Of a stretch of DNA of 64,000 nucleotides, positions 46,342-58,199 are shown piece by piece. Origin of the DNA: Amphiscolops sp. MND2022 (Eukaryota); NCBI GenBank assembly GCA_964187785.1, contig OZ076409.1, positions 12,588,001 through 12,652,000 on the forward strand, read 5' to 3'. The position numbers were made by a program, and so were the translations under genes. Numbering within the stretch: the stretch's first letter is position 1; every line of letters starts with the position of its first letter. The notes beneath the pieces were generated by a model. That model searched no databases, was not told the origin of the DNA, and saw only the letters and a list, made by a program, of their open reading frames with translations.

Positions 46342-46581
46342 TTGGAATATGACCAACTGTGGAAAAATAAAACGAGGAACATTAATTTCACTTTTCCATA
46401 TGGAACAATGGGAGGAAAATTACCAAACAAGGGCTTCGTTCGAGTGACGATTGGAGATTGACTTATGCCATAAATAACGAATCGTGTTTCTAATTTTCCT
46501 TCTTTTTTTCATTTTATTGGACGCTAAAATTTAGCATGAACCGTGTAGACATAACTGTATTTGATGTTTGCTTCTTATCCT

Positions 46582-47359
46582 CCCTGGTCGAGAAAAAATG
46601 CGTTCCTTGCAAGGATCTTGCAAGATCCTTGTAAAAATGCAATTACTTGTAAGATCTTGCAAGGAAATTTGTTCCTTGCAAGATCTTGCAAGGAAATGTT
46701 TTCCTTGAAAGATCTTGCAAGGAAATGTTTTCCTTGAAAGATCTTGCAAGGAAATGTTTTCCTTGAAAGATCTTGCAAGATTCTTGAGTTCAATGTACTT
46801 CATACTGAGAAATTATGTTAACGTAGTCGTGATTTGAGAATAATGTCGAAAACGTTAATAACTATTATTTCAGAAGGGTAATTTAACAAATTGAAAAATA
46901 ATTTCAATCGAAATATTATGCACAGTCTAATTTCAAATCAATAACTGGTAGATAACACAATTGGTTGGGAAAAATTTTCAGAATACTCTGAAACTGTATT
47001 TTAAATGTTGCGTCACTGAAATGTACTACTACTTTTCAAATAACTTCACTAAGATCACACTTTTAGAGATATTTTCTAGAGTTTGCATCTTTTTGGTGGT
47101 TGAATCCTCTAGTAAGTAAACCCCGTTCTGTGACAGAATCTAATAGTCACGATGCAGTAGTCAACTTGAAGTCAAAAACAATGAATATAAAAAATAAAAA
47201 AATGTCGAGAACCTTCCACGAAATTTTTCTCCTTGGTGGAATCTTGCAAGGAAATTTTTTTTCTTGCTAGATTCTTGCAGAAAAATGCATTATCTTGCAA
47301 GACCTTGAAAGAAAATCTTGCAAGATCCTTGCAAGGAACGCATTTTTTTTCAACCAGGG
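46582..47359. mobile_element. Non-autonomous TIR element with CCC...GGG ends and CTTGCAAG subrepeats (CMC-like)
   Basis: ~45-bp imperfect TIR CCCTGGTCGAGAAAAAATGCGTTCCTTGCAAGGATCTTGCAAGAT; CT on both flanks; 29-bp tandem units at ~46650-46780. Related fragment at ~24560-24780. Confidence 0.8.
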
Positions 47360-47422
47360 CTCTCAAGCAACCGGGAGGAATACGAAAGATGTCACTAGAT
47401 CAGTACCTACTAAGTTATAGCT

Positions 47423-47776
47423 ACAACAAGTCGGAACGGCATAAGTTGGTGCCCGCTTAAGGCTCAAAAAAGCAAAAGTACTTCAAAACGTCAAGGATTC
47501 TCTACTGAATTAATTCTCAATTTCGCACCAGAAACATCAACCTAGTAAAACACAATTTACTTCGGATGTAGTGTAGAAAATTCGGATATAGCGCAATATT
47601 TTGTCCATATCAGAAACTGCAACTATTATAGTTCAGTTCCCTGGGCTAAATGGTACAATTTGGCCCCTTAAAATTTTGCAGAACTTTTGGTAAAACTCTT
47701 TTGGTCAGTTCGTATGGATTGAAAACAAGAGTCACTGTTATAGTCGCGTGGCACTTCAAGAAGCACCGACTAAAAA
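47423..47776 (-). mobile_element. HINE-like element
   Basis: AACAAG...AGTTGGTGC and GCACCGACTAAAAA ends. Confidence 0.55.
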
Positions 47777-50700
47777 TCAAGGCACCCACCCACCTATGTG
47801 CGAAGGTTGACTGCTGCAGCCGCATGCAATTGTCTTGGAACAGAGCACCATCTTGGATACCCGACCGAGTGACCCAGGCAGCCAATAGGATAAGGGAGAT
47901 AGGAATAATGGATACCAATAACCACAACAAATAATGCACTGTAAGAAGGGTTATGTTGTATTATTATTATCAATTTATCATTCTCTTAATTCTGCTGACA
48001 CAACATCACTGTAAGCAGTTCGATGACCTTGTAAAACTCATAAATGGTCGGCCCAAGTGATACTTGGTATGCGTCGCTTCTCAACATCGAAGCAATTGAT
48101 GTAGAATGCCTGTAGGTAAATTGTTGGGTTCGGATTAATGAACTATTTTAATACCAATTTAATCACCATATCTCTCGTTTGAATTGCAAATTCGGTTCAT
48201 TTGAAGAGCTGTGCCGTGACCTATAGAACGATGCAATGAATAAAAAGTAACTTTCAAGTTTGCAGGCTTCGATTTGATACAAATCACTTCAAACAGAAGA
48301 GTAGTCGAGAAATAAAATCGCTCGCAAATTGTTGTCTTCAAATTCGAAATCCAAATTTGTATAGACAAAGTTTGTTATCGTTTGTTTGCGAGATAGTTTT
48401 GATAGCCAGCTGTTTCAGAGTCCAGGCTTTGCAACCACTGGCTTGAAACGCAGGGGAGAATCCAGAAACGAAGCTTCCAGTCGAGGATTCAAATTGCCAG
48501 CAGATAATACGAAGTGTTAGCAAGGTTATTTGAGGTTGTAGGAAGTGTTTTGAATATTTGAAACCAAGTATCTAGGTATCTTCCCAATCTATGAGAAGAT
48601 AGGATAGGTATGCAAATTCAATTCAGGTAGTACTCTTTTCTGGAGACAACTTGAACGTGGTTTGGATTACACCATTATATGGTGCGTGCTTCCCGAGTTT
48701 GAATGGTTTGTTGGCGGCGTTTCCTTTGTTTGTAAGCGGACAGAATTCTTCGAGCCATTTGATTCTTGCTCATTTGGTTGGCGGTCTCGTTTCTTCACAT
48801 GTTATGGAGAACAGGCAATGTGAACAATTTACAGACAGTACATACTTACCATGTATTGCTTTTCCATTCATTGCAGTGCTGCGAAAATGGTTGCAAAAGA
48901 CAGCGGCGCGTGTAGAAAAGCGGGAACGAGGAAGCTTATAACGTGCATGGTAAGAATGGTAAGAATGACGTCACAAGTTCTGTGTTCTTCTGTGTTCACA
49001 GTTGGTTAGACCATGCATTCGAATAAATTCAATATCTTCATTCACGTAGCACCAGCATCGCGGAAAAGCGTGGTAGGATTGAATATGGAAGACGCTTGGG
49101 AAGAGGAAAGACATTGTTCCCCTGATATAAGCTGACAGGAGAGAGAGAAAAAAAACCGTTCACGCAGGCAGCTTATCCTGAAGACCTGGCAACACTTTCA
49201 AGCTCATTTTTATCGCATTGAAATCCGGGAACCGCTGTCTTTCTATCCATCGCATCGTTCCAAAAAAACGAAAGAGCTAATTCCAGATAGCTTCACAGAA
49301 CATTTATAATTTGATTTAGAGACAGAAAAAGCCTGTAATAGATGTTCCTCGGTTTGCCAAAATGAAAAGTCGTATGTTTGTTACAGGAAGAATGGAACGG
49401 TAACTGGAATGGTATGTTTTTAGTTGGCGCTTTTAGAATAAAAGGGTCACTCGTTTTTCTTCATTCAAGACAGTCTCGAATGCGACGAAATTTTTGTTCA
49501 GTTTGTTCAACTAATTGAATACCTGATACATGAGAAACGCATCGTTATTGCAAAGGGCCCCCTTTCAATGTTTAATTTTTGAACGTAACACACAAAACCG
49601 GACGAGACTGAAGGGTCCCCCTTTGAATTTTTTCGGCACTGTGCAACTTTCGAATTTTTTGTCTCCAAAGGGTCCCCCCTTCGATTTTATTGAAGTCCCC
49701 CCCTCGTAATATCCGGAATAAAACGATATATCCGAACTTTTGACGTTATATCCGAATTATATTGCGTTTTAATAAGGAGGAGGCGGATGTTCGAAAACAT
49801 AAGTTTTTCATGAAAATGTCCAATGCTTTTTGAGCCTTAGACATAGCGCCGACTTGAGACGTTCCCGTCTTGTTTGGTTTTATATTTAGCAAGTAGAAAA
49901 AAAGCTGTCATCCCCGAGACGGAATATATGTTAATAAATTAGGCTAGGAAATAATTCGATGGGCTGTTGTTAGTAGACATATTGGGAATTCGAGGAAAGG
50001 TCACATCATGGAAATGAAACATTTGTGGGCAAACTTTCATTCAAAGCTGCTACCTTGAAAACTGTAACTTCCGTTGAGAAATTTTCGATTTTAATTAGAG
50101 ATTTGAAATGAAAATATAATGAAACGGTGCAAAAAAATTTAAAATCTGTATAATGCGATGATAATATTGAGTTTCAGTTTGAAGAATTCGCTCATAGCAT
50201 CAATCTATCATGCATCAACTCAAACTAGTTAATGTAATAGATCCAACTAAGATACATGAAGATTCTAGTCTTTGTATACAACTCTCTCAGGTATTTCTAT
50301 TTTCAATACACTTTTTGTAACACCCGAATCTCGCCATCAATGAACCGGCAGGACAATAATTGTAAAATAACAATCAAGTTCGGTCTTTAAAAATCACTAG
50401 ATTTGAATTGACTAGAATATGATGTTTATACAGCGAAACCTCACAGAAAGTCAGAATGATGTCGTTCGTAATTTAGCTTTCGGTAACAAATGAAGAGATT
50501 GCTTTCAAACTTGTTCAGACATTACAACTTGTTGTTTTACTCAGCAAAACCTTCAAAGACTTTTGTTGAAGGTAACTCTGCAACTTTTATCTTTTGAGCA
50601 CTCAAATAATTGTGAAATAACACTTCCTGCGAGTGATATTCTAAGAGCTATTTATTAGTTGATTTAAAAGAATGAGAAAATAATGGCAAAGAATGTACTC

Positions 50701-50900
50701 GAAATACCTGTTTTCCTGAAAATAGGCACCCCAACATGGCTAGCTCTCGTGTATCTGTCTAATACAAAAGTTCTGATGGAATCAAAGTCAATGATCAGGT
50801 CCCCAGGTTTTGGACCTTGGCAAATCTGTGCCCATCTGCTCCAATAGCCAATTCCAGAGCAACCGCACTTCAATTCCAGTGTTACAAGACCAAGTGTGTG
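47777..50900 (-). pseudogene. Probable rhodopsin-like GPCR pseudogene (multi-exon)
   Basis: WAQIC...FVLDRY (DRY at 50751-50759); exon 48850-49121 with CWC and TM5-like HVISFLVP, broken by a 10-bp duplication and a TGA; exon ~48028-48109; terminal exon 47777-47938 CIICCGYWYPLFLSPLSY...Cys-rich (TM7-like). Confidence 0.5.
49422..49875 (+). mobile_element. HINE-like element
   Basis: TTTTT-AGTTGGCGC ... GCGCCGACT...CTTGTTT. Confidence 0.6.
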
Positions 50901-51479
50901 TCAACGGATCCAGCATTCAGGATTTTCGATAGATCTGCAGAGTTCTGTGAAGTTCTTTAAAGTTCTGTACAGATTGCTGCAGAAAAACGTTTCATCACTT
51001 TCACATAAATGATACTTCTCTCCAGATTTAAACCTTTTTATTATTCGTTTGACATCGCTCTGGGCTTTTTATTATTATTTTTATTATGATTCTGAGTAGG
51101 TCATTTTTCAGAATCTGCACATATCTGCAAAGTCTGCACAGATTCGCGAAGATCGAAAACATGGCTCATTTATTGGATGGTAATCGATGAGGAGTTTGAA
51201 ATTATTTAAAAGGGTGGGAAGAAGAAAGAGAGTTTATTTCCCCAATTCCGCGGGGTGGACGCCGAATAAGCAATTCTGCTTTTCTAAGTCGGCGCCCTTT
51301 CAGATATTATCTCCCCATAGCAAGCTAAGGTACCATATTTGCAGCCAAGTGGTCAAGCAATGGTGGGCTTGAAGTTGTGGATTCAAAGTGACTTGCTCAA
51401 GATCACTAAGGTCTGACTGCTCGTGGATACGGCTGTTAAAAACGCCCAACACGGCAAACATTCGTTGTCCCAGTAGGTT

Positions 51480-54400
51480 TTCACGAAGAGTAATTGCTGT
51501 TTCCTAATTGAAAAAGGTCTCAAATTGACACCAAAAACGACAGAATATCCAACATTTTCCCTTTCTGAAAATTTTTATGCAATTGTTGTCAAAGATTCCA
51601 CTGACTTCGTAAAGTGAAATGTTGAAAAGGTTCAACAAGAAAAAATTTGGTGTCCATTAGGTTCTTCCGAAGAGTTTTTTGCAGTTTTGCAAACGAAAAA
51701 TGTCTCAAATTGCCACCGAAAATGATAAAAAACCCAAAAACTTCCAAATTTCCAAGTTTTAAGGCAATTACTGTCAAAATGACGACAGACTTCGTGGATC
51801 TATGTCTGGAACAAAAAATGACTGGAATTGACGTCGAAAGAGAACCGTTCGAAATAATTCACCGTTTTTGTTCAATTTTTATCAATTTATGGATAGATTT
51901 CGTATACTAGAATGCTAAAAACCCTAAGCAATGGGAAAATTTGTTGTTTCAGTGACCGTTCGTCAAGAGATCAGTTCACTTTGTAAATTAAAATTGCTTC
52001 AAATTGACCCTGAAGGTGTCGAAAAATTTTGAGTTTTTGTCGTTTTTGAAGCAATTTCGGTACAATTTCCGCAAGACTACGTTATAAGTTCTAACACAAT
52101 CATCAACGAAAGAACGACCTCATCAAAATATTTTTTGAAGAGACTGTTGCAGCGTTTGGCTAAAATATTACAAAATGACTCCAAATAGGTTCTGCAAAAA
52201 CACTTCATAATGACACCAAACGAATCAAAAAAGTTCAAAATCTTCACGTTTTTCTGCAATTTGTGTTTTTGAATTGTTTTGGAGTCAGAAAATTGGCAAA
52301 CGTTCAACAAAGATCAAATTCATAGTCCAGGAAGCTTTCAAAGAATTTTTTGCAGGCTTGGGATGTGAAATGACTCACAATTGACCGCAAAAAGTATCTG
52401 ACATTTTCATTGAATTTTTCTTTGAGATTGGAAAAGGTTGGTGTGACCAAAAGCATTGCAAAAGCTCCAGATGAACAAAATTAGGTCCGCAGCACGTTGT
52501 TCAATAAAGTTTGCGTTTCTTTGCTGGAAAATGTTCTCAGAATGACCCAAACAATGCAAAAATTGAGAATTTTTATGTTTTTTCACATTTTTAGGCACTT
52601 TTTGTGCAGTTTTTGAGCAACTGCTATACTTAAAATGGTTTGAAAAACTCGAAAATGACTCTTCTTGGTCTTCATAGGCAATTTTGAAGATAAAACTGCA
52701 ATTTCCTATTGGAATTGGCCGCAAAAACACATCAAAACCCAAGAAACTGAAAAAATTTTTTCTGCAGACTAGAACTTCCATTGACCTGAAAGTTGGAACA
52801 ATAAGGTACTCAAACTGAAGTTTAGGAAAAAGAGGGATGAAGTTCATCAATTTTACGTCAAAGGTGTCATATATTCCAATTTTTTTTCAATTTTCGACAT
52901 TATAATCTCAACTTTTGATAATTTCCGACAATTTATTCAATCATTAAACCCATAAGCTCAGGATTGAAAAGTGTAGCTACCGGTAGTGTTTCCAAAAGAT
53001 ATCAAGCAATTGCTTTTGCACAACTTTGGAAAACTTTACTTGAAAACGTAAATGTCGACTTTATTGGTCAAATAATGAATATTCAATTAGCTCCGAGCAA
53101 AATCATTAGATATAGAGTACACCTTACAAAAGAAATTGTTTCGAGCTACTTCGTGGGTTAGAATGGTGTAAAAGTTTAACAACAACTGAACTCGGTGTCC
53201 AGTAGGCTAGTTTTTGACGAGACCTCTGTTGATTCGTGATGGAAACGTTCCTCAAATTGATCCTCAATTCGTCGAAAATATTTCGATTTTTTGACATTTC
53301 TGATGAAACTATATGCAATATAATAACAAACCGGGACCGCTCAAGTTTCTTAAACTAGCAAAGGACCTAGTTTCAACTTTTTACCATTCTTTCAGCGCCA
53401 AAAATTACCACGAGATACGACTGAGGCTCGGAAACCTCTTTTTCCCCAACAGGAATCACAAAAACCCAATTTTTAAAAATTTTCTTCGGCGAAGTCCTAT
53501 GATGGCGAATCGAATTTCAGCTCTCAAAATCATTTTTCCCAAGTATCAGGTATGAAAGCAAAGAAGTGCCCTTCGACTAAATGAAAGTTTCGGAAAGATG
53601 CACAGAGTCGAAAAAAAACTGAAAGTAGGTGTTTTCCCCAATCAGTAAGAAAACTCATCAGTTCCACATAATCAAAAGTAACAGAGGTCACGCTCAAGAC
53701 TCGGGAAACTCATTTTTTGTAAGTCCTTTTCTTCACGATAAGTTTTCTTTTCGGTAACTATTTTCTGTACTCGGTTGGTCGCAGAAAAACTTGAAAGTCG
53801 TGCGGAAAAAAAAACGAAAAGTGGCCAGCTATCGCAGAAATAATAGGTGTTCCCAATAATATTAGGTGTTTCCTTTGAATTTGGGCTAAGATGAATCAAA
53901 GCCTTCTTTTATTCGAACTTCGCGTTTTAATTGACTATTCCTGGTCCTCGAATTTTGTTAGTTTCAAAACACTTTGGGGCGGAAAATATCTCGCTGCTCA
54001 GCGGGCGTCTTGTTTGGAAATTTTCATGACAATTTGTAGTTCATTTCTTTGTTCCCGACCTAAAAGTTTATCGACTGGATATAAACACCTGTAAAAACGA
54101 GTGGTCTTTTTCAATGAGCGTAGTGCGTACTTTGTTTACGCTTTCTGTAATGTTTTCTGCGCCTTCTCCTCTGTTTGGTCCCAACAAATCTTTTCGATCT
54201 TTGTATGCTGTTTTTAACTAACCAATAGCTGTGTGCAAAATTGGTCGACCACTTATCAGAGTGTCTTCCGCAGTTTTTAACATGCCCCCTAGATTTTCTT
54301 AGTTTTTAGCTGACGATGTGCGTGGTTATATTTCTTCTTCAATCGTCAATTAAGTGTTTTTTAGTTTCTCTTGAAAATACCTTAGGCCCTGGCAACTCTC

Positions 54401-57000
54401 TGGAAAAAGTTATATGTCCAGTCTGTGGTACATATATGACCAACTGATGTAACTCCCACACAGTGTCGTCTTTGTCAGCTCTCCAGGTATGCAATTTTTT
54501 GTATGTACTCAGATGTTTTTCCCTCGTCATGTCAATCGGTGGTGCAATGGATAAGGATGATTTCCTTTTTTTTCATTTTAGGAGTGAGGTGGTAATGTCT
54601 GTGCTGCAATGAAAATTTTCGTTCAACGTGGCTATTTTTCTGAGAACTTTTTAAATTCCAGAACGCAATTGATGGACTTTTTCTTCGTTTCCAGGCTGTA
54701 GTTCTAGCTTCCAACTGAATGTCTGCGCAATTAATCCGTTGAATTCTTCTTTTGTCAGGATTTTTTGTACGGATACGTTGAAGTGTGAAAATCTATCAAC
54801 CTAACGGGTGAAAAAAGGTACTGTGTTGTGTATGTGGAAACGGAAACTCAAAGGTCCTATTCTTTTCTCTGTTTCAACTCGAATTCGTTTATGACATTTT
54901 CTTTTTTGTTTTTTAAATACAAATGCATTAAGTATTTTGTCGTTTTGTTCTTGCCACAGAATGGCTTCCGGGTCTTGTTTACTCTCAATTTGAAATACAA
55001 TCTTTTTCGGCAATTAGCAAAAGTGTGCTAGCCAATTGTTTTGAGTTCGACTTCGAATGCGTCAATGTTAGTCTGTCTGTTTTCGTTCTATTCTCTTTTT
55101 TTTTAGTGCTGTTTTGGTAATCCATCGGTTCTACAGGAGTGATTATCATGTATTCTGCTTGTTCAAAATTACTCAATAACATCTGCAAGTGGAATTTAAT
55201 GTTGTATTCTATCCTTTTCCATACAGTAAATGGAATGAATATTAAGTCTACAGTACTGGCAGTTACGTCACATCATGTAAGCATTGAAGATCAGACGGTT
55301 AAATAATAAGATGACCTCTAATATAGCGCCATGCCACACTGCTAGTTATTGTTTTGCATCTAAAAAATACTGTTTTTTCTCTCATAGAGTTGAACTTTTG
55401 TTAAAGTGTCGGGTTCTTCTTTGGTCGTTTTCATTAATCGACCGAACCTATCTGTGCAAACTACATGCGAAAATAATCAAATGTCAAAAGCCATCAAAAA
55501 GCCCCATTTTAGCTCTCAAAAAGCCAATTTTTGAAAGAGTGATTTTATGTTTTATGACGACTCTAAAAACCCCAAAAGTGAAACAAAATGGAAAACAGAA
55601 AATTTCAGAAAATTTCAATCACCAAGAAGAATATTTTCAGCGATTCAAAACAGTTCAAGTAACTTTTCACTACCACTTGGCCTAAATGTTAATGCGGATT
55701 TCTCGCAGTCTAAGAAACAGGGATGGGTTTTTTCGAACGTGGGTTCGGGTATCGCACTGAACGGAAAACTTTTTTAGGTTTGCAGAAGTAAAATGTTGAT
55801 TGGGACTATGTTGTCGAAGTAAATTGGGACTACGTTGTGTCGAAAACTGAGAAAACTTGGAACTTTAGACACTTTCTGGTCAAATTCGATATTCTTTATC
55901 TCACTTTTTCTCAAAATGCATTCTCAATACTCTATCGTTCCAACGTTCAGACCAATGGAAGTTCTATTCAACAACAATTTTGGTGGATGGAACAAACGTT
56001 GGTTTCATTTATCGAAAACTTTTTTGATTATCTTGTGTTTTTGAAGCCAATTCAAACAAACCTAAGTTGTTTCTAAGTTTTCAGGCAATTGGTTGGAAGT
56101 AAATGGCTCAATTAAATAAAGCAAAATGGGCATAAAAATTCAAAACCAGGAAATTTCTGGGATTTTTGCCTGTTTTGGTTTATTCTGAGGTAGCTTTCTG
56201 CCATGAAAACTGCAATTTTTCCTCAAAAACTGTGCTGCGAAGCTAGTTATCTTTCTAGAACTTTTTGAAGCTTTGCTCTCAAAAACGTCACTGAAAATGT
56301 CAAAAATTGCCGAACATTTTAACACTTTCGACTATTTGCGGTCAATTTTGAGACAATTTCCAACTGAAGTCAGCAACTATGTTGGCAAGAAAAACTTCTG
56401 GATAACGAGTTCAATCTTTGCTGAACGTTTTCAACATTCAGATTTCGGCATTTTCCAAAAAGTAAAAGAAGTTACATGAAAAACTAAATAAAGATGTGGA
56501 AAGTTTCGAGTTTTTGACTCATTTGAAGCCAGTCTGAAGCGTTTCATTTTTGAAAGTTTCGAACTTCTAACGCATGAAAGTGTTCAGAACCTTTACAGAC
56601 ATTTTTCAGGGTCAGTATGATGCATCTTGCTTTTACAAACTGAATTTATCTGGTGACAAAAGCCTACTGGACACCAAATTTGTTCCTTGTTGACCCTTTC
56701 AACAATCTAATCCACGAAGTCTGTCAAAAATTAGACAAAAATTTCAATGAAACATCGAAATTTGCAAAATTTTGGTATCAGTCGTAAAACTGTAATTACC
56801 TCTTGTGAATTGCATACTGGACAACAAATTCTTCCTTTGTTGAACGGTTCCAACATCTTAATCTCAGAAGTCTCTCAAAATTGGACAAAATACGCATGAA
56901 AAACGTTAAAAAGCGGACGTTTTGTATTTTTTGTTATATTTGAGGTCATTTTGGGTCATTCTTGGGTCAATTTGTTCATATCTAAAATGTCCAAAATCTC
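51480..57000. repeat. Two inverted arms of a diverged ~170-190-bp repeat around a ~2.4-kb spacer
   Basis: 52771-52799 matches the reverse complement of 55937-55965; ~51620-51656 matches the reverse complement of 56668-56704; CAAATTGAC-like motif recurs in the left arm. Boundaries approximate. Confidence 0.6.
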
Positions 57001-58199
57001 CGCAAATACACATCGCACGAAGCTATCTTCATTTGAGTTGAGGTCTATGGGTGACACCATTCAGGTTGAAAATGAGTTTAGAACATGAATAATTTTGTAA
57101 ATAAACGCGGCTGTTCCATATTTTTTCCTTTACCACAAAGAATATTGGCGGACAATAAGAAAGCGATGAACTCCAATGCCGTGGATCAGTTGTTTTTGTC
57201 GTACAGTTTTCATACTTCAGAAAAGGAATTCAATCCACGGGTTCCAAAGTGTCCGAACAGACTCTTTCTGACTTTTTTCCAAATGGAAACAATTTTTGTC
57301 TGACCAGTGCCCGAAAAGAGTTCGGCGCAGAGCCAAACGTCAGAAATTCTGCATTTTCAAATTTCTCTGCCAAAACATCTTGAAAACATCAAGAAAATAT
57401 CTTTTGCTTCCATTTTGGAGCTTCTCAATTCGCCCATTCGTTGGAGATATTTCATGTTCATCAGGCATCTGTTAGAATTCTTGAACATGATTGTTTTGTG
57501 GTTTTCTGGAAAAAAAGTTTTCATTTTTCCTCATTATCCTTTCCCAAAGCCTTCTGTATCTCAACTGGAGACAGTTGCAACAACCATGTACACTCATGCG
57601 TGATGAAAAGTAAATATACTGGAGTTTGGTTTTCAAAAATTTGTGAGACGGTTCGGTTCTAAGATTCTTTGACGAAAAACTTTTTGGAGAATTAAAGAAC
57701 CAAAACGGTTTTTCCTAGCTTGAAATTGCGAAACCTACATAGAATGTAGATGCTTACTTAAATCGCTTCACTTCTGGTCGTGTCATATTCTAAGCGTCGT
57801 TTTGGCATGTTTTGCAAGTATTTAAACTTTTCGCTCTGGTGTTTTTTCTTTTATAACTTTCGACGAAGTTCCAGTCTTCTCGAAGTTCCAATTTTGAAAA
57901 CCTATTGTTTTTAAAATCTAATATCATTAATAGTTTGCTTGATGATATGAATTTAGCAATTTTTTTCTTTTTCTACTATCAGACATCATGGATCTTCGTT
58001 ATCAATGAAATGCCACGTGTGTAATCATGTTGGGGGTGAAGATACACTCCCGTGGTCTGCAACGAAAGGAGGAAACCCCATACCAGCCACTATCCCAGTA
58101 GACCAAAAAAACAATGAATTTCCTCACATTATGATGAAATACAAATGTTTTTACATATATGAGGGCAGTGTAAAAGTTTATATTTTAAGTGATGATTAT

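Noticed and set aside
44632..47938. GPCR-metaxin fusion through the phase-1 donor at 47794
   Set aside because: Phase-compatible, but the GPCR exons are disrupted, the TM7-like exon has its own stop at 47777, and closer exons supply a start. Not excluded without transcripts.
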